A stretch of DNA of 64,000 bases from Patescibacteria group bacterium (lineage in GTDB: Bacteria; Patescibacteriota; Minisyncoccia; Minisyncoccales; UBA5738): assembly GCA_022710775.1 (NCBI GenBank), contig JAKLGH010000001.1, forward strand, positions 5,824-69,823. Direction: 5' to 3'. The notes beneath the pieces were generated by a model. It had not been told where the DNA came from, did not search any database, and worked only from the letters and a program-made list of their open reading frames with translations. Positions 8,605 through 17,253 of the stretch are shown in pieces; within the stretch, counting starts at the first letter, position 1, and each line of letters starts with the position of its first letter. A program made the position numbers and the translations under genes.

Positions 8605-8668
8605 CTGTTGAGGTCAAACCTCAACAAGTATTTATGAGGCAAATTCTGTTGAGGTTTGACCTCAACAG
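8605..8668. repeat. REPIN (inverted REP doublet)
   Basis: CTGTTGAGGTCAAACCTCAACAAG + TATTTATGAGGCAAATT + CTGTTGAGGTTTGACCTCAACAG. Confidence 0.9.
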
Positions 8669-8675
8669 ATTTGGG

Positions 8676-8705
8676 GGAAGAAAAAGCCCCCTTATACAGG
8701 GGGGC
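8676..8705 (-). terminator. Rho-independent terminator of the adhesin gene
   Basis: Minus strand reads GCCCCCCtgtataaGGGGGCTTTTTCTT. Confidence 0.65.
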
Positions 8706-8713
8706 TTTTGGGG

Positions 8714-11700
8714 TTAGAAGATGGAGAGGAAGGCTTTTAGCAGGGCTAGGAGGCTAAAACCTGATGAGGAGTGGGGAGAAACGCCTTTTGGCGGGGCGGA
8801 ATAAACGGGTATTTGCTTTACCGCGGCCGGGGCGTAGAGTTTTACGTCTTTGTCGGGGAGCGAGTAGGATTCGGCGGAGGGATATTGCGACGGGTCAAGA
8901 TCGCCGCCTACTCCGGTGGATACGGTCATAGCGCCTTCAACCATCTTTAGCCTCATAAAATCGGAAACGGAATTAGAGAGATCATGGATCTGCTGTTTAA
9001 GCAGGGCGAGATTAGCGGCGATTTCGTCGAGGGACCACTGCTCGGTAGAAGCGCCGGCCACTTGGGGCGCGACACCGCTGCCGGATCCGCCGCCGGACGT
9101 GTAGCTGGAACGCTTATGGGTGCTGGTTTTATGGGTTGTGGTGGCGTTATCGTCATCATCGCCGGAGTCATCATCACCAGTATCGTCATCAGCCGTGTCA
9201 TCATCTGCATCGTCACCAGAGTCATCGCCGGAGTCATCATCCCCTGTGCTGTCATCGTCGCCCGTATCGTCGTCATCGGCCGTGTCATCACCAGTGTCAT
9301 CGCCGGTATCGTCATCGCCAGTGTCGTCAGACTGGTCGCAGACATCGCCGAAGCCATCGTTGTCAGTGTCGGATTGGCCGGCATTGGCGTTAGCGGGGCA
9401 ATTGTCGCAGACATCGCCGATTCCGTCGCCGTCGGCATCAACCTGATCGGCATTGGCAACGTTAGGACAGTTGTCGGCGGGGTCAAGAATGCCGTCATTG
9501 TCGGTATCGATGCCGGAATCGTCATCATCGCCAGTGTCATCATCTCCGGTGTCATCGCCGGAATCATCATCCCCTGTACTGTCATCATCTCCGGTGTCGT
9601 CATCGCCAGTTGAATCATCGTCGCCGGTCGAGTCGTCATCGCCGGTGTCGTCACCGGTATCGAGACAATCGGCGCTTTCCACAGCTTGAGATGTGTCGGC
9701 GCAATAATCGAAATCTGTGGTTTGGCTGCGGGTTTGGTTCATCCAGCCCGAAGGTTCGGCGCAACCGGCATTGGTCCAACCGGTATAAGCGCAGGCGCAA
9801 GAGGCGTCGGCTTCGTTTACCGGCGAGGTGTAATGGCAATAATGGTAGTTGCCGCCGTAGGTTACGCTGGCTTGGCCGTCGGAGCTGCAGGTGCGGCCGG
9901 TCTCAATTTTTTGGCAAGCGCACCCAGAGTCCGGGACTCTGTCAGTTCGGTCGGCGCCGCAGTAGGAGAAATTGTAGTAAATATAATGGTCGCGGTAGCC
10001 GTCGGCAGAGCAATCAGCGGAGGGATTGTCGGTTTCCACGCAATTGCAAGCCGGGTCATCTAGGTCGCGGGTTTCGGTATTGGATTTGCCGTACTGGTCG
10101 GTGCAAGTCCGGGTTTGGTGCCTGATGCCGTCGGCGGAGCAAGAGCCGGACCAGTCGCCGCAATTATAATTGGAATCGCAGGAATTATCGGAAATCTGGG
10201 CGGAATAGTTTGCGGGGCAATAGGTGAAATTATATTCGTAATTTGCCGTAGCTATGCCGTCGCCGGTGCATGCGCGGGATTTTTCAGCCGCGGCGCAGGC
10301 GCAAGAGGGTTCAGGGTAAGTGGTTGTGCCGCCGGTCAAACCGCAATGGGCGTAGTTCCAGGTATAATCTTTCGAAGCCGTGCCGTCAGCGGTGCAAACA
10401 GGCGAACCATAAACTTTTTGGCAGGCAGGACTGTTGTAAAATACGCAGGAAACGATATCGAGATCGTCAACGTCGATTCCGGTTATGGTTTGGCTTGCCA
10501 AGTCAAAAGCGCCGTTTGAGCCGCTGGAGCCTGTACAGGACGCGGCAGCCAATTTATAATCGGAAGCAGCCGAATTTTCGGCTACGCTGAACGGGCCGTC
10601 TTCATCGTCAACGTCAACCGAAGGCGCGTTGCCCTCATCATTAGTCGTTATATCGGTTGAAAAACCGGTTGCTGTAATATTAAAATTCCAATTGGCAACC
10701 ACATCGCCGGCCGTGGTTTGATCGCCGGTGGTAGCGGGATCGCCGTCGGTATCAATGACCTTGCGGATATTAATGGTACCGCCGCAAAGCGCGGTGCTTA
10801 AATCGGCCAATACACTGCCCAGGGTGGAAATATCACCCATATATACGTCGGCATCGTTAATATCGGAAATGGTTGATACAACCTTAGGGCCGGAAATAAG
10901 CTTTAGATTTTCCAGATTAAGGCCGCCCGCGGTTCCATGGCTGTCAACGCCGATGACCAGAACGCGGCTGTCGGTCTTAATAGCATTGGCGGCGACAATC
11001 GCATCAAAAAGATGGCTCATTGGGCCAGAACTTTCGGTAGGATTTCCATCAGTAATTAAAATCACAAGATCGTTATTTCCAGCCATGGTATCAGCGGTTT
11101 TAAGGGCAGCTTCCCAATTGGTACTACCACTCCTTGAGATACCATTTATGTAACTAGTAATTTGGGCTAAATCTGCGGTAGGGGCAAGGGATTGGACAAC
11201 AGAAGTATCAAATTCAATGACGCCAACTTTTGACGGAGTAGCTGGAATTAATTTTTCAACCAAGGTATTGGAATAGTCTTTAACTAATTGGATATCTGCA
11301 GGGCTTAGGCTGTTTGAACTGTCAAGCAGGAGTATAATGTTTGAGCCGCATGTATTTGTCATAGCGGGGTTCTGTGCCGGAACAACACCAGGGATATATT
11401 TAATCGTAACCGATATTTCAGATACAACGGCTGGCGAGGACCCTGAAGTTTTCTCTACACCAAAATACATAGAATTAACACTATCAATAGTCCAGGTGTT
11501 ACCATTGAATGGGTTGGTAGCCAACGGCAAAGTCAAGTTAGCAAAATCGGCAGAGTCGAGATTATATTCTATATTATTCGAATAATAATTGCCGCTGCCC
11601 GGTCCTTTTTCAAGAAAAAGCTTCACGGTTGCTGAATTCATTATCGAAGTTGTAGCACGCACCGACAAATCAACCGATTGGATCACGGAATTGGAAGCTA

Positions 11701-12016
11701 TATCAAGGGCGGAAATGGAAAAACTTTGCTTTTTATTGTCCAGCGATTTAATGAAAGTCGAATTATTGCCATCGGATACCAGAGATACTTTATCTGAGCC
11801 AATCCAACCGTCATAATTGCCTATGCCCGCGGGGTTAAGAAGGACAGTAGCTGTTTCCGCCAAAACCGGCGAATAAAAAACCATGTTTTGTAAACAGACG
11901 GCAACTACCAAAACAACCGCCAACAATCTTTTAGAAAAAAGGGTGGACAAAATCGCCTTTTTAAAAAGATGCCGTTTCGGATATCGGTTAATATGCGCTT
12001 TTTTTTGCCTAGCCAT
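8714..12016 (-). CDS. Giant secreted adhesin-like protein with a vWA domain, Cys-rich repeats, poly-acidic linkers and thrombospondin type-3 repeats
   Basis: 1100 aa with an N-terminal signal/TM. The vWA MIDAS motifs are [20 protein letters not shown] and [11 protein letters not shown]. There are about 6 Cys-rich modules of 35-40 aa (for example [29 protein letters not shown]). The TSP3 core is [58 protein letters not shown], and D/T/G/S tracts are present. Confidence 0.85.
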   Translation of the reverse strand: MARQKKAHINRYPKRHLFKKAILSTLFSKRLLAVVLVVAVCLQNMVFYSPVLAETATVLLNPAGIGNYDGWIGSDKVSLVSDGNNSTFIKSLDNKKQSFSISALDIASNSVIQSVDLSVRATTSIMNSATVKLFLEKGPGSGNYYSNNIEYNLDSADFANLTLPLATNPFNGNTWTIDSVNSMYFGVEKTSGSSPAVVSEISVTIKYIPGVVPAQNPAMTNTCGSNIILLLDSSNSLSPADIQLVKDYSNTLVEKLIPATPSKVGVIEFDTSVVQSLAPTADLAQITSYINGISRSGSTNWEAALKTADTMAGNNDLVILITDGNPTESSGPMSHLFDAIVAANAIKTDSRVLVIGVDSHGTAGGLNLENLKLISGPKVVSTISDINDADVYMGDISTLGSVLADLSTALCGGTINIRKVIDTDGDPATTGDQTTAGDVVANWNFNITATGFSTDITTNDEGNAPSVDVDDEDGPFSVAENSAASDYKLAAASCTGSSGSNGAFDLASQTITGIDVDDLDIVSCVFYNSPACQKVYGSPVCTADGTASKDYTWNYAHCGLTGGTTTYPEPSCACAAAEKSRACTGDGIATANYEYNFTYCPANYSAQISDNSCDSNYNCGDWSGSCSADGIRHQTRTCTDQYGKSNTETRDLDDPACNCVETDNPSADCSADGYRDHYIYYNFSYCGADRTDRVPDSGCACQKIETGRTCSSDGQASVTYGGNYHYCHYTSPVNEADASCACAYTGWTNAGCAEPSGWMNQTRSQTTDFDYCADTSQAVESADCLDTGDDTGDDDSTGDDDSTGDDDTGDDDSTGDDDSGDDTGDDDTGDDDDSGIDTDNDGILDPADNCPNVANADQVDADGDGIGDVCDNCPANANAGQSDTDNDGFGDVCDQSDDTGDDDTGDDTGDDTADDDDTGDDDSTGDDDSGDDSGDDADDDTADDDTGDDDSGDDDDNATTTHKTSTHKRSSYTSGGGSGSGVAPQVAGASTEQWSLDEIAANLALLKQQIHDLSNSVSDFMRLKMVEGAMTVSTGVGGDLDPSQYPSAESYSLPDKDVKLYAPAAVKQIPVYSAPPKGVSPHSSSGFSLLALLKAFLSIF

Positions 12017-12041
12017 TTTTTTATATTTACAAATTTTCCCT

Positions 12042-13013
12042 CTAGAGAAGCGAGTCTTTCTCGGAACGATTAGCCAGTTTTTTGAAAAACTTTTTGCTGG
12101 CTAGCGCGATAAGCGCCAACACCATCAAAAAGCCCACGGTAAAGGAAACAGTATGCGTGTTTATCGACTTAATCACGGCAGCTAAAACAACGTCTTTTTC
12201 AGAAATGATTGTAAAAGGAATGACCGCCTTTCCTACAACGGAGTCTTTCGCTAAAACTTCTATCGAGGCCACATAGGTGCCAACTTTTCCATCCATGGAC
12301 CGCCATTGAATAGGGTCAAGAGCGATAGTTGTGCCGGGATGAATAGCTTCCTTGGCGTCGGGAAAGGGATAGATAACATCAAAAACAGGATTACCGTCAG
12401 AAACAATGTTGAAGTGAACATTAGGCTTAATACTAACATTGCTTTCATTGCGAACATTAATATTAACGGTAAAATTCTCGGACGACGAGTATGTGTATTT
12501 TGAAGGAATGATCGAAACTGAAGCTGCAATATTTTCCTGATCAGTCACAGTGATTGTTACTGCGCGGCTGATTATTTGCCCAACGCTGACATTAACAGCG
12601 TCCTTATTGCTAGAATCAAGGGATTGGGGCACGGATTTAATATTAATAAACCCGGTATAAGTTCCATTGGGAATATCAGCTGGAATCTTAAAAATGGCAA
12701 CGGCTTGCATTCGACCATTGGCAGCCAAGGTAAATTCGCTAGTTAACGGAGTGCTTTTATCAGCCGTGGTATAAAAAGAGGTAAATTCGGCTGTTTTGCC
12801 GCCGGCAGACACGAGAAATTGCTCCTTGATATTATCAGAGTTGACAAAATATAAATCAACAGCCACCTCTTCGCCGCGCATCGCATTGTCAATCACGATG
12901 GGCGCGGTAATTTGCCCGACCGCAAAAACCGGCGAATTAACAATTAGCAAAGAAAATAATACAGATAAAAACACAGAAACCGTCAAGCATTTAGAAAGTT
13001 TAAATATTTTCAT
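12042..13013 (-). CDS. Cell-surface protein with a signal peptide, two Ig/CARDB-like beta domains and a C-terminal TM anchor
   Basis: 323 aa with a signal peptide ending VFA-VGQ, the C-terminal [19 protein letters not shown] and a basic tail. It starts 25 nt after the next gene on the minus strand ends. Confidence 0.65.
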   Translation of the reverse strand: MKIFKLSKCLTVSVFLSVLFSLLIVNSPVFAVGQITAPIVIDNAMRGEEVAVDLYFVNSDNIKEQFLVSAGGKTAEFTSFYTTADKSTPLTSEFTLAANGRMQAVAIFKIPADIPNGTYTGFINIKSVPQSLDSSNKDAVNVSVGQIISRAVTITVTDQENIAASVSIIPSKYTYSSSENFTVNINVRNESNVSIKPNVHFNIVSDGNPVFDVIYPFPDAKEAIHPGTTIALDPIQWRSMDGKVGTYVASIEVLAKDSVVGKAVIPFTIISEKDVVLAAVIKSINTHTVSFTVGFLMVLALIALASKKFFKKLANRSEKDSLL

Positions 13014-13104
13014 ATTTTTAGGAAGTTCAGTGTTATGCTAAACTTTCTCGGTTTTTTTGTCAAGGGCTATTATTATATGAAATAGCCAGGGAAATCGCGT
13101 AGTA

Positions 13105-13135
13105 ACAAAAAAAGGCGCATACGCGCCCTTTTTTG
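13105..13135 (-). terminator. Rho-independent (bidirectional-looking) terminator
   Basis: AAAAAAAGGCGCatacGCGCCCTTTTTTG, 25 nt downstream of the stop at 13160. Confidence 0.7.
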
Positions 13136-13159
13136 CAAATTGGCTTGCACTAAATACTT

Positions 13160-14341
13160 TTATGTTCCGCAAGTCAAATGAGGAGCCTGGGTACCTTTCA
13201 ACCACATTGTGCCGGTGTAAGGGCCAGTGCCTTCAAACTTATCAACCAAGACGCCAAAATCGATTTCGTCATCAGTTGACAAATCGATGGTCTTGTCAAG
13301 CAAATGATAATCGCAATCAACAGGATCGCCAGCGACGCCGTATTTCTTGAACGGGTCGTAAGGAGCGTAAACACCATCGGTATTAATCTTGGCCTTGTAA
13401 TGGACATTCCAAGATGTGGAAGTAGGCGTCAAATCACGATCGCCCATTTGCATATCGTCCTGGGCAACATTGATTGCCAAGCGAGTGTTGCCGACATTCC
13501 TGATCGTCGGTCTACCGTCACCAAGCACGAAATCTTCATTGCCGGGAGCAACCACCCAATTATTCAAGGTAACCGCACCGTAAGCAACGTTGGAAAAATC
13601 GGTCTGGAACGCAGTTCCGGGATTGTAGGTGAAATAATTCACTAACGCATCGCTGGTAGCATTGGTTTTGCTCTGCGCCCAAACGTCAACCTTATATTCG
13701 CCGGAAGGATCTTCGTAGGAAAGATTCTTGTCGCAGCAATATACATACGCAACATCCTTTTTGATCCAACCATCGTTGGAACAAATTGTATCAAAGGTTT
13801 CGCCGTTCGCAAACGTGGGAAGCGTGCCGGTATTTTGGTTGCGAACTTTGTTGCAGAATAAATCCAAAGATGCATTTTTGTTCGCAAGGTGGTCATCGCC
13901 AGCAATCTTTATCATTGTGCACTCCGAACCAACCCTAGTGCTGCAACCCTGGCGGTCAGCGGGATGGTTAGGTCCAAGGGCAATATCAGGATAATAAACA
14001 TCACCATAAACGGCGTTGATATCAGTTAAGGACTGATCGTAAATCACGCCGCAGATGGAAATAACTTTGTTAACATTATGTTGCATTGACGGATCAAATT
14101 GAGCGTTTGCAATAGCCGGATAATCATCCTTGGCAAGCCCGGAAGTACCTAAAGCAGCCGACCACGGACCGTTCATTTCCCATTTGGCTTTCACGATGGG
14201 CGCAACGCCGCCGGTGCCTTTGGTCAAGCCGGTGCCAACCGTGCCAGAACCGATAACTACGGTTTGAGCTGTAGCAATAGCCGGACCAGCGGTCATAACG
14301 GCCAAAGCTACGAGCAAACAGATAGAAATAACTTTCTTCAT
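13160..14341 (-). CDS. Secreted Cys-containing protein, paralog A (unknown family)
   Basis: I place the start at the internal MKKVISICLLVALAVMTAGPAIATAQ (ATG = complement of 14339-14341), because that gives a canonical signal peptide. It shares many blocks with 15356..16642. Confidence 0.75.
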   Translation of the reverse strand: MKKVISICLLVALAVMTAGPAIATAQTVVIGSGTVGTGLTKGTGGVAPIVKAKWEMNGPWSAALGTSGLAKDDYPAIANAQFDPSMQHNVNKVISICGVIYDQSLTDINAVYGDVYYPDIALGPNHPADRQGCSTRVGSECTMIKIAGDDHLANKNASLDLFCNKVRNQNTGTLPTFANGETFDTICSNDGWIKKDVAYVYCCDKNLSYEDPSGEYKVDVWAQSKTNATSDALVNYFTYNPGTAFQTDFSNVAYGAVTLNNWVVAPGNEDFVLGDGRPTIRNVGNTRLAINVAQDDMQMGDRDLTPTSTSWNVHYKAKINTDGVYAPYDPFKKYGVAGDPVDCDYHLLDKTIDLSTDDEIDFGVLVDKFEGTGPYTGTMWLKGTQAPHLTCGT

Positions 14342-14502
14342 ATTTTTTTCGTTTTTTTCGGATTTTAGGAGAATCCGCAACCTTTTTATTTCTACCCGCC
14401 CGATCTTTTGCACTCTAATGATTTGTCGATAATCTGATAAGACATCAGCCGCGACAGCATACAGTGCAAAATCCCGGACGGGTCCCGGTCGACCACCTCC
14501 CG

Positions 14503-14558
14503 CAATCATTAATCATTGATCCTTAACCGTTAATCCTTGATCATTAATCATTAACAGC
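14503..14558 (+). repeat. Heptanucleotide array, TAAYC/TGATC type (8 units)
   Basis: caatcat taatcat tgatcct taaccgt taatcct tgatcat taatcat taacagc. Confidence 0.8.
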
Positions 14559-14694
14559 AAGGGATTGAATTTTGATTGGCGGGCCTTCTTTATTAAATTT
14601 CGGCGGCATGGCTTCGACGGCCTGTTTCGACGGCTTTCAATAAAGTGCGGGTCGCGGCTTTCCTCCCGGGAAACGCGATCCAAACTTTATTGGG

Positions 14695-14874
14695 TGAACA
14701 TTGAACGATGAACCTTGAACTTTGAACGATGAACATTGACGATGAACATTGACGATGAACCTTGAACTTTGAACTTTGAACCTTGAACGATGAACCTTGA
14801 ACTTTGAACTTTGAACGATGAACATTGAACTTTGAACATTGAACGATGAACATTGAACGATGAACATTGAACTT
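14695..14874 (+). repeat. Heptanucleotide tandem array TGAACNN (26 units)
   Basis: tgaacat tgaacga tgaacct tgaactt ... The variable dinucleotide is only AT, GA, CT or TT, and two units are 6-mers (tgacga). The array ends 3 nt from the stop codon of the four-helix-bundle gene. Confidence 0.95.
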
Positions 14875-14877
14875 TTA

Positions 14878-15249
14878 TTATTGTTTTGCTAAGAAATTTG
14901 TAAAACCTTTTAATCGTTTCGCGAGACTGGCAGCGGCTTCCAGAACTTTACCTTGATGGGCCTTGCTGATCAAATTTTCGTCGAGCGCGCAATCCAGGCC
15001 GGCGACTACCTCGTCTAATGAGCAATGAGCCCGGTTGATATAAACGCGGCGTTCTTTATCGGTGCTTTTATTGGCGCTTTCGGCGATATTAAGTATTATC
15101 GAGAGCGATGCCCTTCTAAGCTGATCGGTTAACCCAAACCTTTCTTCTTTTGGGAACAAATTCGCGGTTTCATAAATTATGGACCTGAATTTTAACGCAT
15201 CTTTATAAATATCCCAATTCCTGAATTTAAATCCAAGATCATCAATCAT
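14878..15249 (-). CDS. Four-helix-bundle protein (23S rRNA intervening-sequence protein / Avd-like family, TIGR02436-type)
   Basis: 123 aa. The sequence [80 protein letters not shown] fits the family pattern ([27 protein letters not shown]...). Confidence 0.8.
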   Translation of the reverse strand: [123 protein letters not shown]

Positions 15250-15250
15250 A

Positions 15251-15358
15251 GTTCAAGGTTTATTTTTTTGTTCATCAGCCATAGTTCATAGTTTAATGTT
15301 TATTGTTGTCTGTTCATCAGCCATAGTTCATAGTTTAATGTTCATTGTTTATTGTTCA
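15251..15358 (-). repeat. Inverted-orientation heptad region (TGAAC cores on the minus strand) containing a 31-bp direct repeat
   Basis: GTTCA (plus strand) occurs at 15251, 15270, 15284, 15312, 15326, 15340 and 15354. From 15270 onward the spacings are 14 or 28 nt; 15251 is 19 nt from the next core and out of phase. GTTCATCAGCCATAGTTCATAGTTTAATGTT occurs twice (15270-15300 and 15312-15342; period 42 = 6 heptads). Confidence 0.8.
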
Positions 15359-16642
15359 CTCATTGGAGCATTGGTAATGATCGGTTCCGGTGGCGCTTAG
15401 CGTAAGCGTACCGCTGTATTCGCTGGTCAGGGCGTCGGGGTACTTAAAGACCGTTACGCCCAGCTCCACCGCTTCGCTGGTCGAAAGATCGATCTCTCCG
15501 GGCAAGGCGGCTGACTCATTTGGCCAATAATACGTCCAGGGATTGTTACCCACGGCGTAGCGCGCGTGATAACGGATATTATAGCGGCCATCGGTTTTGC
15601 CCAGACCCATATCGTTTTGCTCGATCGAAACCCGGACGCGGGTATTGCCAAGGTTGCGGATATAAGCGGCGCCCAAGGTTTGCTTGCCGTCTTTACCATA
15701 ATATTGCGCCGTTTTATCCAGATTGGCCGCAACCGTACCGTAATTTACGCTGTTAAAATCAGCCTGGACCGCGGTAATGGGCAGGTATTCGACATTGCTT
15801 AACAGCAGGTTGGAAAAGATCCCGGCGCTGTTCTGGGCAATGACGGAAGCGCGGTAAATGCCGGAAATATCATCGTAAGCCAGGGATTGGCCGCAGCAAT
15901 ACACAGCAGCTGTTTGCTTTTCCAATTCGGCGCAAACCGCGTCGTAATTATAGCGTTCGCCTTCGGTTCCGGTGTCGCCAAAAACCGGCAAACTGGCATT
16001 ATCGTTTTTAATCTTTTGGCAAAATAATTCCAAGCCATTTGAAGCTTCCAAGGGTTTCATTTGGCAGATCGGCGAAACGGCCTGGCCGCAGCCTTGGCGC
16101 TTTTTTGCGTCGTTGGGGGCGAAAGCCGAGTTGCCGGGATATGAAAACTGGCTGTAAACTCCGAAGCTGTCATTTGGACCGGCACCGGGCCGCACCGCGC
16201 CGCAGATCTGAAAATCCGCGGAAACATCCAAGGCTCCGCTGGGCAAAAACTGGGCCAAAGGATCGGCTGAAGCGTCGGTTCCGTTATTCAGCATGGCCCA
16301 AGCCGCCATTACCGTGGGATTTGGGTTTAAAATGTCCGCTTCGCCGCTCGGGGCGGCGCCAGAAGGCGCGCCGTTGGATGAGCCGGCAGGTTCTAGGGCT
16401 GGCTGGGTTTCCCCTGCCGGGGTTATACCCGGATCGCTGACCGGATCGGTAGACTGGATTTTGCCGGTTTCCTCGGTTGAAGCGGCTGTGCCGTCATCGG
16501 TGGTGGTGGCTTCCTCAATAGAATCAGCCACCGGATCGGTGGAAGTGGCATTTTCTTCCTGGTTTTCCGCAACTAAAACCACCGGGCCAAGAATTCCCGC
16601 TAACAAAACCGCCGCCAGTAATAACGCGATAGGTCTTTGCAT
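15356..16642 (-). CDS. Secreted Cys-containing protein, paralog B (same family as 13160..14341)
   Basis: 428 aa with the signal peptide MQRPIALLLAAVLLAGILGPVVLVA and an S/T/E/P-rich linker containing QEENATST. Shared blocks include IRNLGNTRVRVSIEQNDMGLG / IRNVGNTRLAINVAQDDMQMG, VYCCGQSLAYDDISGIY / VYCCDKNLSYEDPSGEY and IDLSTSEAVELGV / IDLSTDDEIDFGV. Confidence 0.8.
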   Translation of the reverse strand: MQRPIALLLAAVLLAGILGPVVLVAENQEENATSTDPVADSIEEATTTDDGTAASTEETGKIQSTDPVSDPGITPAGETQPALEPAGSSNGAPSGAAPSGEADILNPNPTVMAAWAMLNNGTDASADPLAQFLPSGALDVSADFQICGAVRPGAGPNDSFGVYSQFSYPGNSAFAPNDAKKRQGCGQAVSPICQMKPLEASNGLELFCQKIKNDNASLPVFGDTGTEGERYNYDAVCAELEKQTAAVYCCGQSLAYDDISGIYRASVIAQNSAGIFSNLLLSNVEYLPITAVQADFNSVNYGTVAANLDKTAQYYGKDGKQTLGAAYIRNLGNTRVRVSIEQNDMGLGKTDGRYNIRYHARYAVGNNPWTYYWPNESAALPGEIDLSTSEAVELGVTVFKYPDALTSEYSGTLTLSATGTDHYQCSNE

Positions 16643-16766
16643 TTGGTTTTACGATTCCTTACAAAACCGCTGTGCGCCGCGCGTTCTTAACGCCGCGCTT
16701 ATCGCCATCAGACCCGCTATGAGAAGGCTTGCAATATAGGAAGCCTTTTCGCAAAGGGCCGAAGAA

Positions 16767-16976
16767 TGAACTTTGAACGATGAACGTTGAACGTTAACTA
16801 ATGAACCTTGAACGTTGAACTTTGAACGATGAACGTTGAACGTTAACTAATGAACCTTGAACGATGAACCTTGAACGTTGAACGTTGAACTTTGAACGTT
16901 AACTAATGAACCTTGAACGTTGAACTTTGAACGATGAACCTTGAACGTTGAACTTTGAACGTTAACATTTGGACTT
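16767..16976 (+). repeat. Heptanucleotide tandem array TGAACNN (30 units) with TAACTAA punctuation and a 49-bp super-repeat
   Basis: Units are tgaac + tt/ga/gt/ct. TAACTAA falls at units 5, 12 and 20, and TAACATT at unit 29. Units 1-7 are nearly identical to units 8-14. Confidence 0.95.
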
Positions 16977-17220
16977 TTTAAAAAAATGGAGTCCAAGTCC
17001 AACTTCCCCAATGTGAAAGACGGATTTGCACTCCATTATAATTTGACGCTTGATGGCAGAATAGTTCGTATTCAATTTCACGCGTCCATTTGCCCTCTCC
17101 GCAAATGGATTTTAATCATTTAAAACCCTGACTGTATTCTGATAGTATACGTTTCCCGAGCCGTGTCAAGCTTTTGACTGAAAAATTCTAGCAGTAAAGC
17201 GGACGCGCGGTCAATAGAGG

Positions 17221-17240
17221 TTATCCACAGGTTATCAACA
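17221..17240. promoter_or_regulatory. Two tandem DnaA-box-like 9-mers
   Basis: TTATCCACA (perfect consensus, 17221-17229), then GG, then TTATCAACA (one mismatch, 17232-17240). Confidence 0.4.
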
Positions 17241-17244
17241 GTGA

Positions 17245-17253
17245 ATTATAACA
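17245..17253 (-). promoter_or_regulatory. Candidate extended -10 promoter element (TGTTATAAT) reading toward the heptad array and paralog B
   Basis: The minus strand reads TGTTATAAT, followed 4 nt later by the two DnaA-box-like sites. The palindrome TGTCAAtTTGACA at 17271-17283 lies upstream. Confidence 0.35.

Noticed and set aside
8916-10590. About a dozen ORFs of 60-230 aa on both strands inside the adhesin gene (for example 8953..9654, 8984..9613, 9120..9446, 9610..10125, 10115..10519).
   Set aside because: They lie within or antisense to the 1100-aa ORF. They have extreme low-complexity compositions (poly-S/P, R/H-rich, M/T-rich) produced by reading the GAT/GAC-rich acidic tracts in other frames. 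The long frame carries recognisable vWA and TSP3 domains.
14342-14509. A 56-aa N-terminal extension of the 13160..14509 ORF.
   Set aside because: The extension is R/G-rich and runs through the upstream region. The internal MKKVISICLL... start gives a canonical signal peptide matching the paralog.
14593-14867. ORFs 14593..14853 and 14637..14867 (MFIVQCSKFNVHRSKFKVQ...).
   Set aside because: They are translations of the TGAACNN heptad array. The periodic F/K/V/Q/S peptide simply mirrors the 7-nt repeat, and there is no start context or RBS.
14695-16976. A CRISPR array.
   Set aside because: The repeats are contiguous 7-mers with no unique spacers, and no cas genes are present. The 102-bp repeats at 40.6 kb also lack spacers.
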